Below are positions 12,801 through 20,745 of a stretch of DNA of 64,000 bases, piece after piece. Below the pieces are notes generated by a model, which saw nothing but the letters and a program-made list of their open reading frames with translations, did not search any database and was not told where the DNA came from. Source of the DNA: a virus; the IMG/VR virus record IMGVR_UViG_3300030117_005808, positions 42,524 to 106,523 of that record; one strand, 5' to 3'. A program made the translations under genes and the position numbers. Each line of letters starts with the position of its first letter. Within the stretch, counting starts at the first letter, position 1.

Positions 12801-13396
12801 ATGCTGGCAAAAGTATTAAGAGACAAGCTGAGTTAATGGAGAAATATGTTTTTCCACCTACTTTTGATTTTGTTCAAAATATTTCTGTGGACCCAATAGC
12901 TATGTATATTTTTGAATTCTCACATAAGTTTACACAAGATGATTTATCTCACATGTGGCAGAACCTATCGCCAAAAGTTGGCACCCAAGCAGAAAATGCC
13001 ATGGCAACAGTCTCTCATCCGCTCTTAGCTAATCAGCTTTTAAACTTTGATTTTGCAGAAGCACAGGATGCTTTTGAAGAATCCCGTAAGCCAGCAAAGG
13101 CCGAGTTCCCAGAAAATCTCCAGTGGATGGTTTTTAAAGTTAAGCAAAGAGCAAAAACAAATTATTATGAACAGATTGCTAGCACTGAATCTGCCGTAAT
13201 TCCATTTTACACTCAAAATTGGCCGTATGACTTCTTTTCTCTTATTGAGGTAGCTGAGATTGATGCTGAAGTTAATCTTAAGCCTACACAAAATAATTTA
13301 GATATGAAGACTCAACAACGCACCGCTGCTCAAGAAGCCCTGAATGAAGTGACAAGCAGGCAACAGCCGCTAGATATCGGACCAGCGGAGGACTAA
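3839..13396 (+). CDS. Giant baseplate wedge/adhesion protein (gp7/GpI-like segment plus LamG-like domain), 3185 aa
   Basis: Uninterrupted 9.5-kb ORF; YLYKSKGTEKAFRNLIRCYG resembles the gp7/P2 GpI motif; YDEFRYWKAERTEKEIQQ...YYKFNEG...DYSG resembles a LamG C-terminus; baseplate context. Confidence 0.65.
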   Translation: MSIKKLFDSNKTNDILVSTNLEEEVVKNVPELESADNVREQIERINRFIPQVDYSDPANFAVYGSAERYYRDSFHRIATQYPYDGSEEEITRYDNESNYLDLHILENEYPRTLGHVRFPSNNLGPNATANQFGQNTHAANITFFGGPNAIAGGMTTGSFHLQFTGSNYYDTDIYQTDGTLALDRVGSRESNLTYNLPSKGLTVEFWQGTEGNLIGGTGAFGRQARHALFDLWNGEASSSAQYGRLTVYASGSTTAFKGIYLNAYSGTVGIQELKLLDPAVAAQIPPQYVDTSSPTPGHLAFAFSSGSTLGLTVKTYINGVLTTTTGSSIALNEVTGALRGRIGALLTNPSGTSIGTDMDGYGTSIRSAYDEFRYWKAERTEKEIQQNYWTQVRGGTNNEIANAELGVYYKFNEGITGDATTDATVLDYSGRITNGTITNYGTDATSTLVRNAHPAPARSSLIVAAGAATSEFKDPIIYASHPDVVSALDRLVASGSVHDFENQASIKDSIPSWIIEEDETSGGEELGKLTQILGSYMDTLNLQIQSLPTLADNTYLSGSDKPTPFMKNLLSSRGLAVPEIFVDADLLQRFANRSDTESYTLDINDTKNLIYKNIYNNLTYLYKSKGTEKAFRNLIRCYGIGEDVIRFNAYASNQTFDIQETRQDRVIRKNYVDFNHPDRFDGVVYQRGNSIVPEADGISFFSASSPDAAFAQTAELEVIFPRKFEFANSQYFDTPFVTASLYGKASASADPASFDASFSNNPANAPWLVAYAVRTHQNSKDAYFVLDSNLFTNPLTSDIYSNIYDNQKWNLAIRVNSKAWPYAASSSVNGALDDQDISFIGYNVENGVVKNSFVLTTSSVSSNLGPSLPYRYFVGSQITNYTGAVDHRTDVLASSLRVYTTYLDDDVIKSHALDPENYGTRNPSRNFLFYNDSGPQLASVVGGIKNSIPESVSLALNWDYSQVTTTDPNGRFIVQDASSGSTGLTSRYPQENVLTNVNKQFAGRGQFGASAYSSTDVISKQFVQSAQQRLPEVVNTNDDVNVLSRDDELYPRDASISQTYYTFEKSMYGIVSQEMINMFSSIVEFNNLIGEVVHKYRGEYKSLRLLRELFFEKIQNNPDLDKFIDYYKWIDSSLNIFLQQFVPASADVSDEIRTVVEDYVLNRSKYQHKYPQLDYKGNARFGGDEAKLEGRVKGIRELEYNWQFGHAPTTNSQTEHSTWWKERAERNNTAFNTAALIDTAREDILNIIQLFNSASAPSLNDGTGASGVYEGSTYATRRFTRQYKLDAAIVPDIGGGYNYPRGHKPDAIYSIVYDRPVDVSGLTNEEAIQFEKQATFTLPSEELRPVTKQEKRRVSAINPNGVYSSNLGPQTPGGGSKLVAPFIAFSSSVSPAGGYGTQWQEYNRRPDVSKEELAGYHNDSYGDDYEVPMQGPFTNQHVGGNRHRHTDLNQGSDNLKTRAEAWLVAGAGNDGIFAPAKTAFANPPAPLNPTVPGSSPNYRRDQTAKRPVNIKNIKHRTGSLGTIAMGNYSASYEIVQTTGRTQNNSAFVKSEGIRDNFTISVAGADEVGYIDHVTDYAKPTRRRAAHVIVNRFSAPGGPETAGDSQGGPGLDFEAAEFSPYNNLNYRNTTVRDPLRTLLTDHTAFGGIESGSAVSALNYTDVTASYHKVNRNPLHRLEGYDNGQETAVTGTVFDNYFVQHMIPRSDFQYSWITASTDRFNAALGAANNIYGYFPYDGLARVSSSANGFRYEAAVNFASASEVGSGNPLGVQQATRQIRLITSALMQDASFVPTDFAGINSNVIEPISASEFTIGYPLDADPMNYYNYGPFGQVPAFGSAHRGGFITRINSNVAANFNAYFTMLMAHRGGNVGHPTWKQIRVGETQLARHYRKNNLYTNTYEPVIASSVADLSGTRQKISSTTESVILTQSVVTDRYFPVVFEVEARDDEQNSKVLKSSNFVIRTSFVNDTITFDDATIVNRLLDENVISNAARKSSYKQIIDDFSIYDSFLDEQKPILQINSLKYRETVFPPQLHAYTSKIRGRTNYENDFWRDSRTDRTAKGALKKAKNSQGTAVLQSAWSLDGLESNTNSNIATGLIGYPTGGINANNATGYKPGELQNLYTHFVRAPDGRDVNSELRNQLRTGALYSRKHLMPFTSSVVGMSGMRKQIGIEPFVYGGTSYLLLTSSIGAGEAFWDAGNLAGKYEGTSSIFVTTPAKPFYDDYDQYFADIKNKNRGKAILPEFRITEHLDFYENEGNNFLVENEKLFSFAGTPSGSSLPQNSSEADFFSIYTNSDFMKYFEVVREDGAKEGGILEPTAVKLRCRGIKKFIPYDGFYPAERTIQLANAFSASIAPTTGLTGDDAAKQVAFRSMLKPFFAPGIVYNTIKSGVAVDYPIMTGSFNRANLINSAANAGIRFCTTASAGIFSNSRAVSVTPSGDGSGFGTVSHNDGWDYRVPFEAVVDPAKYVYAKNIVDDEPSAYANIHSTASWATSLATNKYKYMMHNFLASSLDFFIKDGKPTEIISAPESEFKSVTPGQPYGLRIKMFKSYETGSQNPTSGDWGDFSVPQFVSGSLSNFTMYSRPSAFGPPVLAGSGSSTLAQQKYVVTGSREMTPARGRYLSHTPPYYDGESWIDLIYYPYKSFDTGSGGLLIENNQTKVVRIDELHNLALSEFNTGSAILQIEDYEGTRFGGEGTYVVRWRFDQEALRVDRPDLSSYHDIGKDIGPMGGPWANRWAMQLDASLNIFTKLRGAGSLASEAVSADLAGLGATGATEPQDDRWRIQTKFETPMLNFQHVKTADITVNGTLGSLTQYQKAVNSVIPRGMWHQFGRIPKPDEGVYLQVTDIPDDFINNHPSSSIVFDPAGHFDSRNSASEAIKALADVNAGANIRDIIAKDLNGYRIPQNLQIPASAFSVATDRPPAPTTPPPLSLVDICGFPTDPVKIGELPEAKTVYEAVVAVPFVEKEGEREFFKIMSPKQGDIFDDYAGKSIKRQAELMEKYVFPPTFDFVQNISVDPIAMYIFEFSHKFTQDDLSHMWQNLSPKVGTQAENAMATVSHPLLANQLLNFDFAEAQDAFEESRKPAKAEFPENLQWMVFKVKQRAKTNYYEQIASTESAVIPFYTQNWPYDFFSLIEVAEIDAEVNLKPTQNNLDMKTQQRTAAQEALNEVTSRQQPLDIGPAED

Positions 13397-13399
13397 TAG

Positions 13400-14440
13400 A
13401 TGAAGTTTTTTAACCCAAAAGAGGAAGTGTTAGATATAAAGATGACCCAATATGGTCGCCATTTGCTTTCAAAAGGAGAGTGGAGACCAGAGTTTTATGC
13501 ATTTTTTGATGATAATGTTCTTTATGATTCGCAGTACGCTGGCACCACCGAAAATAAAAATAGCACCGAGGGTAGGATTCAAAACGAAACTCCGTTGCTA
13601 AGAACTCAACATACTTTTACCGGCCGCGACGAGTATCTATTTGACGGGGCTAACGATATCGTTGATAGAGTTAGACTAAGCACTTATGAAAAACTTAATG
13701 TTATGCCGATGTCCCTTGGCACTTCTGATTATGAGTCAACAAAAACTCCCGCCTTTCGAGCACAATTTTTAGCGGGGGAGATAAAAAGTTTAGAATATAA
13801 TCTTACGGGGAGTTCTAGAACGGTGTCAGGAGTCTCGTCAACAGCCCATCAACTACAAAAAATACCCCAGTTAGAGTTTGATATTGAATATAAAATACAA
13901 ATAATCGATCCAGAGTTCCCAGACGAAGAAGTGGTTCAATTTGAGGTAGACCCAGCATTAACACCGGGCACAACATATAGCGACGGAAAGCAGGTTGTTG
14001 TCGGCCCAGAACAGATAATATTTACTCTTGAAGAACTAAATGCACCATTTGATTTTAAAAACTATGATATAGAGGTTTTTGAAATAACAGATGAATTTGG
14101 TGAGAGTGGAGAGCGAATATTAAATCCACTTAATTTTGTTAAACCTCTTGAGATGGTTGAGAACAATATATTGATAGATAAAAGAGATGCCGAAATAAAG
14201 GCTGGAAGAGTAGCAGGTTCTATACCTGAAACTGATCCAACTTTTGTTAGTTACTTTTTTGATATCAATGTGGACGACGAGATATCTGAAACCATTCTAT
14301 GCAAGTCAGTAAGCGAACTTAAAGCCAAAGGCAAAAGCCTATATACAGATATTGATATTAATTGTCCCGATCTCTCAATTCCTGTGCGTCAAAATATTTA
14401 CGGATCCGACGCACTTGACGAAGATTGTTCAGATTATTAA
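13400..14440 (+). CDS. Putative structural protein, N-terminus paralogous to 20746..21675
   Basis: VLDIKMTQYGRHLLSKG..FYAFFDDNVLY aligns by eye with ILDAVLTDTGRMRLARG..KFALGDDEINY. Confidence 0.55.
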   Translation: MKFFNPKEEVLDIKMTQYGRHLLSKGEWRPEFYAFFDDNVLYDSQYAGTTENKNSTEGRIQNETPLLRTQHTFTGRDEYLFDGANDIVDRVRLSTYEKLNVMPMSLGTSDYESTKTPAFRAQFLAGEIKSLEYNLTGSSRTVSGVSSTAHQLQKIPQLEFDIEYKIQIIDPEFPDEEVVQFEVDPALTPGTTYSDGKQVVVGPEQIIFTLEELNAPFDFKNYDIEVFEITDEFGESGERILNPLNFVKPLEMVENNILIDKRDAEIKAGRVAGSIPETDPTFVSYFFDINVDDEISETILCKSVSELKAKGKSLYTDIDINCPDLSIPVRQNIYGSDALDEDCSDY

Positions 14441-14446
14441 TGGAAA

Positions 14447-14454
14447 ACTACTTA
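14447..14454 (+). promoter_or_regulatory. Putative late promoter variant ACTACTTA
   Basis: One mismatch to ACTATTTA, intergenic, 28 nt before ATG 14475. Confidence 0.45.
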
Positions 14455-14474
14455 GATATGTGAGGTTCTAGTTT

Positions 14475-17400
14475 ATGCGAATACAAGTCGATTTTCCAAG
14501 TATTTTTAATACGGCGCTTCCAAAAGTTTATATTAAAAGGGTGTCGTTGATGCCTACTGTTGAGGTAGGTAATAGAAATGGGGTGTCCTATGATCTAGAG
14601 GCTAACGATGGCCTCCGGACCAACAAATATGGAAAGAAAAAACCAAAAAGAACTTCTCCAAGATTTAACGCATCCGGCGAAAAAGGTAAAGCCCTAGAGG
14701 TAAAAACCGAGGTTACTATAAAAGAACGCATAAAAGAAGATGGTGACACAACTTGGTATGGCAATGACGAGTTTAGGAAGTTTTTAAAACTAAAAGTTGT
14801 GTTAGCAAAAAATAGAGGCGCCATAGAAGACCTTGAAGACGGCCGCTTTACACCTAGATTCTTGAGACGCCTCAAGGCGCGGAACTTTGTGATGGAAAAA
14901 ATCATCACATTAAGAAAAGATAATACATCAATATTAAAACAAAAAATTGAAATAATAGATGGTAGAGAAGTTTATTGTACGACGTATGAAGTAAGTTTTG
15001 TCATTCCTAATTACAGGCCCCGGAACATGTCAGTTTTTGCTGCGACTTTTGTTGATCTTAGAGAATATTACTCATATAAATCACCGGGCACAAAATCTTC
15101 TCGACGTTTTTTGCAAGGCACTGCTGTGTCGCAAAAAATAATCAAAGCTGGCGATGTGATAACGGACGCAAACATTTATTTACTTCCTAACAATAAGCTT
15201 TGGGCCGGCCCTATACACTATCATGAAGGCACTGGGTACATGGCCGGCGCATTTCATTCGGCCAAACCTCACAGCACTCTTCAGCAGAGAAAAGTTCCTA
15301 ATTTGGTCATCCGAGATTTTAGAATACTTGACACGGTGAGGAAGGCAAACTTTTTGCTACGTCCTGAAAGAAAAACTAGAAACAAAAAACTCGAAAATAA
15401 AAGGGCACAAGGAAATAGAAATATTACAAAAAATCTATACATATCTGAGCCCGACTATGCATTTGATGAAAAAAACGAACTTAGATTTATTTTTCATCTT
15501 GATATGCATAAATTAATAGCAGAAAAGTCCCAGTTTGGGGCTTTGTTTCGTCAAGCCGACGCAGCCGCGCAAAAACAAATTATGACGGACACAAAAATAA
15601 AAAACTTAGTTATTTTACGACGACGCGTAAGAGAGGGGTTATCTGATAAAGATATTATCATTGTTGATAACGCTGATCAAGATGAGACTGTGGCACAAAG
15701 CAGCGATGGTAAACGAAACCGGTTGAGGCCGCGAAGAACCACAAGACCCCTAAATCCTCAGTTGGTAGACTCAGAAAAAATATTAGTTGGCGGAATAAGA
15801 GAGGTAAAACTGGATGTTCCCGGCGCCGTAGGCATTAGAACTTTTACAGTTTCTGATTTTGGAATGTCAAGCAAAACTGACGGTATATTTTCATATAGTG
15901 TCGATTTTGATATACAAGATGGTACAATAACGTTTGTAAATGACCAGAAGAAAAAATTATCACAAGCTATTAATGCTTTGACAGAATATTATGATGTTGC
16001 GAAAAGGCCTGAAAATACAAATATCGCAACTGGCCTATTTACTGATGAATTTATTAAAATGATGGAAGAGCAGTATAGTATACCAGAGTTTGCATCAGTT
16101 AACATACCTAACCGCCGCCGGCGGCGCCGCATAGTTCAGTCGAGTATCGCAAAGGCGCCATGGCTAAATGCAATAGCAGTTTATACTGATGTTATGAAAA
16201 ACTTAACAAATGTTCAAACAAATGACATAACACGCGCAGCTTTTCTCCTACATAGCTTAGTGGAGCCATCAAGCGGCACAGTGGGAGGGATTGAAATACT
16301 GATGTCAACGTTGCAGGCCACTCAAAGCAAGATATCTACATCCGTTATAGGCGGAAAAAATAGATCTGGTTCTCCAACACCTAACACAAATATGCAAATG
16401 GAGGACGAGGTTGATTACAATGCCAAAACTCCTGCCTTCAAAGGCAAAGCACCAAAATCAGAAATTCGACTTAAAAAGCATTTTAAAACAGTTCACGACA
16501 GTAACATACAAAATTCTGTTGGATACGATTTTCTCAACTTACGTCGTTCAAAAAACTTAGGTTTAAGAGTGCTCACTACTGAGCAGTTATCTCAAAGATT
16601 GTCATTAGAAAATCAGAAGTATTATAGTAGAAATATAACTGACGAGGCACCGGACGATGTAGCCGACAATACCACTCCAGAAGATTTTACTAGATTCATT
16701 AATTTAGAGGATGCATATTATTCATATTTGACGCCTGCTAGGGTATTATATGGAAATAAAAGGCTTAAACTAATTAATCGCGGCCGTCGCTTGTGGAATG
16801 TAAAACAATATCAGTCATTTATTTCGAACATAGAAAATTCAACACGAACAAGAGGCGGTCTTGCGTCCAAGGGTGGCCCTGCCGGCAGAACTCCAAGAAC
16901 AAGCCCATACATGCCGTCATTCCCAGTATTAGATTACGGTTCAGACTATGATAGAGGAAGAGCAAAAGTACGCGCCGAACAATATGAAGTAAATTCTATT
17001 AATAGTGTTGTGGTAGCGAAGTATGGTGTTTCAATGTCTACAAAAAAAACCGAGAAACAGTTTGTTAGGTCAGAAAACAAACTAAATGGCATTGATTTGG
17101 AGGAGGCTGGAATCCTGACATCAAATCAATATCTGGGCGAAAGTTCTACTTTTGTATCAGGTGGGTTGAATGTTTTGGAAAATGTCTTAGAGAAAATTGA
17201 CGATTCGCAGCAAAAAGATTTTTCTTCAGTTTCAAATATATTTATTGGCGCCTCAAGAAAAGCGAAAAAGGATAAGCTTGCTGCAAAATCAAGCCTTACA
17301 ATTAAATCTTTTAGGCCCTCAGATGAAAATAACGTTATGGATCAAGAACTAGAAAAATACAATGATATGGAAAACCCAAACAGCAAAAAACAAAGGTTTA

Positions 17401-18245
17401 TTTCTAGAATTCCAAATCAGATAAAATCTATTTTCTTAGGAGATGATCCAAGAGTTAATAAGAATTGGTTTACTTTTTTAGAGGACAAAGGTCTTGATGT
17501 ATCCAGTTCCTCTAGATATACGGGATTATATTATTTTAACTACAACCATATAAACCAAATAGAAGTGTTAGTTGGTTTTAAAGAGGACAGGGATGGAAAC
17601 GCACAAGTTTCTTCCCCATTATATAGGCTTATGACGAGAGAGGAATTTGATAAGATATCAAATTCAAATAGGCCGTATGTGTGCCGCATGCGTACCGCCA
17701 AGGTACCCTTTTTCAGCAAAAGTAGGAAACTTAATTTGCCAGAATACAATGAAACTTTTATTGTAGTGTCTAGAGCAAGTCAAGAAGATTTAACCGCTGA
17801 TGCAGAGATGATAGAACTGCAAGACGAAGCAGCAGAAGATTTTGATTTTGAAACAGAGCAAGAGTCTATATTTGTAAGCCGCTTAACGGAATATGAAGAC
17901 CTGAATACAACTGGTAGGAGAATACTTCGTAGGCTTATTCGAAGAAACACACGTTTAGGAGGATTAATGCCAGAGTTTACATCTACGGCTTTTGTGCAAC
18001 AACCAGAACGCATTTCAAGAACCGGAGCAACGTTTGGGGTTGACACAGAACAACAACGTGGTCAGAACGTGTCTAACGTCACTAGCGAGGCTATTACAAC
18101 CAGCCGACGCGTCCGGACCCCACGGGCCGCTCCCACTCAGGCACAAGCCCAGACAACAACAGCCGCAAGGAGAACTAGCACAATGCCTCCACGCCCACGC
18201 GTTACAACTTCGACGCCTTCTGGCGGCGGGGGAGGAGGCTACTAA
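14475..18245 (+). CDS. Large hypothetical protein, basic/Arg-rich, C-terminal GGGGGGY
   Basis: 1256-aa ORF in the structural block; function not recognised. Confidence 0.6.
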   Translation: MRIQVDFPSIFNTALPKVYIKRVSLMPTVEVGNRNGVSYDLEANDGLRTNKYGKKKPKRTSPRFNASGEKGKALEVKTEVTIKERIKEDGDTTWYGNDEFRKFLKLKVVLAKNRGAIEDLEDGRFTPRFLRRLKARNFVMEKIITLRKDNTSILKQKIEIIDGREVYCTTYEVSFVIPNYRPRNMSVFAATFVDLREYYSYKSPGTKSSRRFLQGTAVSQKIIKAGDVITDANIYLLPNNKLWAGPIHYHEGTGYMAGAFHSAKPHSTLQQRKVPNLVIRDFRILDTVRKANFLLRPERKTRNKKLENKRAQGNRNITKNLYISEPDYAFDEKNELRFIFHLDMHKLIAEKSQFGALFRQADAAAQKQIMTDTKIKNLVILRRRVREGLSDKDIIIVDNADQDETVAQSSDGKRNRLRPRRTTRPLNPQLVDSEKILVGGIREVKLDVPGAVGIRTFTVSDFGMSSKTDGIFSYSVDFDIQDGTITFVNDQKKKLSQAINALTEYYDVAKRPENTNIATGLFTDEFIKMMEEQYSIPEFASVNIPNRRRRRRIVQSSIAKAPWLNAIAVYTDVMKNLTNVQTNDITRAAFLLHSLVEPSSGTVGGIEILMSTLQATQSKISTSVIGGKNRSGSPTPNTNMQMEDEVDYNAKTPAFKGKAPKSEIRLKKHFKTVHDSNIQNSVGYDFLNLRRSKNLGLRVLTTEQLSQRLSLENQKYYSRNITDEAPDDVADNTTPEDFTRFINLEDAYYSYLTPARVLYGNKRLKLINRGRRLWNVKQYQSFISNIENSTRTRGGLASKGGPAGRTPRTSPYMPSFPVLDYGSDYDRGRAKVRAEQYEVNSINSVVVAKYGVSMSTKKTEKQFVRSENKLNGIDLEEAGILTSNQYLGESSTFVSGGLNVLENVLEKIDDSQQKDFSSVSNIFIGASRKAKKDKLAAKSSLTIKSFRPSDENNVMDQELEKYNDMENPNSKKQRFISRIPNQIKSIFLGDDPRVNKNWFTFLEDKGLDVSSSSRYTGLYYFNYNHINQIEVLVGFKEDRDGNAQVSSPLYRLMTREEFDKISNSNRPYVCRMRTAKVPFFSKSRKLNLPEYNETFIVVSRASQEDLTADAEMIELQDEAAEDFDFETEQESIFVSRLTEYEDLNTTGRRILRRLIRRNTRLGGLMPEFTSTAFVQQPERISRTGATFGVDTEQQRGQNVSNVTSEAITTSRRVRTPRAAPTQAQAQTTTAARRTSTMPPRPRVTTSTPSGGGGGGY

Positions 18246-20686
18246 TGGCCAAAAAAACTACAAGATTAGCAAATCCAAGTGTTATGAATGCTCAAGATAG
18301 GTTTCGCCTGTTGTTTGGCAGGTGGACACAAAACACAGACGGAATAAGCTTTTCAGTTTTAGAAAATGATAACACGGTTCAGCTTGATAAAATATTTGAT
18401 CCCGTCCCACTAGAACCAGATCTTGCTACCGGTAATGTGTCGTTAACTGATGGCACGGAAAGTTTTACGGACGCTATAACAAGTACAAGTGACGAGAACA
18501 CATCTCTCTTCCGTCCCACTGAAGAGATAGAGAGGCCACTCGGCTCGGTAAGCGATAGAACAGGAAACCCAATCCCATTTAATCCATATCCAACATTAGT
18601 GCCTACACATGTGCAAACAGTAAGATTGTTAGATACTAGGGATAAGAACACCACTACTCATCAATCTTGGGTGGATATTGTTAACAATTTGTTTGATCCC
18701 ACCATAGTGTACGAAGATTATGTAACTTCTTTCGATGCGCCTGCTACAAAAGAGGAAATGCTAAACATAGAAGGTAGTCCTGTATCTGCACCAGCTACAA
18801 TTGATTATGTATACAATTTTAGCGACATTCCTTATGAGAGGGTCGCGGCTAATGTCACAAACCATGTTGTCTTGCCGAACTTATACTCTATGCTAGATGA
18901 AAGCACAAAAATAGGGACAACACCAGTAACAGATGATACAGATATTAATGTTCTTAGATCCCCTACTGCTAGGCAACTAAGGCGAAACATTAGAAATAGA
19001 AATCAAAGATTGGGCCTTCAAAACAAAATAGTGCCCATTGAAAATATGCCATTATTAGCTGACTATGAGGGCAGTAAGTATTTATTTCAAATGTATGTGA
19101 ATATGAATATACCACTTGATAAGAATAAGAAATTTGCTGAGGTGATGAAAGACAGTACGATGGGGATCGCTTTAACAAGAGATGTTGAAGGGGTGCCAGA
19201 TGTCGCATCACAGCTAAAATCTGAACCTTTTGTTTTTTCTACGCAAGTCATAGCAAAACGATCTGGAGTAGAGGAGACTAACATCTCCGAAATACAAGTT
19301 AAAACATTAAATCTTTTAGATTGGACCCTAATAGATGCTCCCTCGTATGTCACCGAAACAGACACCCTGTATGAAGCTCCTTTTACTTTCAGCTTTGTCG
19401 GCGCCGACGCAGGATCATTCCAAGAGTTAGGCAATTTTAATTCTGTTTCTACTGCGATTGCAAATAACGATGCTTTTGCACTAGCATTAGAAAATTGCTA
19501 CGATGGGCTAAAAGATCTTGCGGACAACAATCGACGAACATTCCAAGACTTGATAGGCGGCAAAGAGGCATATTCTGAAATGCTCATGTACAAGGTGGAA
19601 AAGAGGCTAGGACCAGTCCAGCCAGTTTTGCAAGATCCAATACAAACATTTCATTTTATGAACTCTGCTGAAGTCGAAGAATTTTTATCAAATGAAAATC
19701 AATTTAAGTTTGTTGATACACAGGTTAAGTATGGCACCGAATACATCTACACGGTGACCGGATACAGAGCAGTCATTGGAACTCGCTACCAGTATGGTAA
19801 CCCAACCACAGTCTCGGACTCGTTTGAGAATCCAAATAATCGCACTGCGTCGGTACCCGTATTTACCACCCCGATGATTAAGTTAGTAGAAGTGCCTCTT
19901 CTTTCTTCAACAGGTAGAATACTTGACAACCCACCTCTAAAACCAGAGGTAAGATTTTTTCCAGTTGTTGGCGATAGAAGTAGTATAAAAATGTTTTTCA
20001 CCACATCCACAGGGATGAAAGATGTTGAGCCTATAGCGTTCTCTCAAGAAGAAGCTAGCGAGCACGCACAAATTGCCATTAATCAAAACAGGAACGATGG
20101 TAAACTAACATTTAAAACCGATGACTCAGCCTCAGCTTTTGAGATATATAGAATATCGGAGCCTCCAGTCACTATTGATGATTTTGCGGAACAGTTGTTT
20201 GCAACAGTCTTAACCAGTTCTCCAACTAGTGTTCCCCTGAATGGCTCATCAGCCACAGCTTTAGTATCACAAATTCCAAATCAAAAGTATTATTATGTAT
20301 TCCGAACGGTGGACACGCACGGCCACAAATCAAATCCAAGTGCAGTTTTTGAAATAGAACTATATAATGATGGAGGGGCAGGATATCCAATCATAAGACA
20401 TTATGATATGGCTTCACCTGATCCCACTACAACCACTAAATCAGCAAGGAAAATAATACAGATTATTCCAAGAATATCTCAAGTATATTTAAATGAGGCA
20501 GCATCTGGCTTGTTAAATGAAGACGGTCAAACACAGCCCGCCGGCGGAAATAGGAATATTCAACTTGGAACCGAGGACGAGCCTTTATTTGGCAAAAAAT
20601 TTAAGGTGCGGATAACATCTAGATCAACCGGAAAAAAACTTGATTTAAATATTGATTTTAAGACAAAACAACTCAAGAGTTCATAG
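18245..20686 (+). CDS. Hypothetical structural protein with FN3/Ig-like segments
   Basis: FVDTQVKYGTEYIYTVTGY and PNQKYYYVFRTVDTHGHKSNPS are FN3-like strands; TAATG coupling. Confidence 0.55.
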   Translation: MAKKTTRLANPSVMNAQDRFRLLFGRWTQNTDGISFSVLENDNTVQLDKIFDPVPLEPDLATGNVSLTDGTESFTDAITSTSDENTSLFRPTEEIERPLGSVSDRTGNPIPFNPYPTLVPTHVQTVRLLDTRDKNTTTHQSWVDIVNNLFDPTIVYEDYVTSFDAPATKEEMLNIEGSPVSAPATIDYVYNFSDIPYERVAANVTNHVVLPNLYSMLDESTKIGTTPVTDDTDINVLRSPTARQLRRNIRNRNQRLGLQNKIVPIENMPLLADYEGSKYLFQMYVNMNIPLDKNKKFAEVMKDSTMGIALTRDVEGVPDVASQLKSEPFVFSTQVIAKRSGVEETNISEIQVKTLNLLDWTLIDAPSYVTETDTLYEAPFTFSFVGADAGSFQELGNFNSVSTAIANNDAFALALENCYDGLKDLADNNRRTFQDLIGGKEAYSEMLMYKVEKRLGPVQPVLQDPIQTFHFMNSAEVEEFLSNENQFKFVDTQVKYGTEYIYTVTGYRAVIGTRYQYGNPTTVSDSFENPNNRTASVPVFTTPMIKLVEVPLLSSTGRILDNPPLKPEVRFFPVVGDRSSIKMFFTTSTGMKDVEPIAFSQEEASEHAQIAINQNRNDGKLTFKTDDSASAFEIYRISEPPVTIDDFAEQLFATVLTSSPTSVPLNGSSATALVSQIPNQKYYYVFRTVDTHGHKSNPSAVFEIELYNDGGAGYPIIRHYDMASPDPTTTTKSARKIIQIIPRISQVYLNEAASGLLNEDGQTQPAGGNRNIQLGTEDEPLFGKKFKVRITSRSTGKKLDLNIDFKTKQLKSS

Positions 20687-20710
20687 AATAAGACAAAACC
20701 TTTTTAATAT

Positions 20711-20718
20711 ACTATTTA
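20711..20718 (+). promoter_or_regulatory. Putative late promoter motif ACTATTTA
   Basis: Intergenic, 35 nt before ATG 20746, followed by AGGAG SD. Confidence 0.6.
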
Positions 20719-20745
20719 TTATGATGCCTTTAGGAGAGGAAACGA

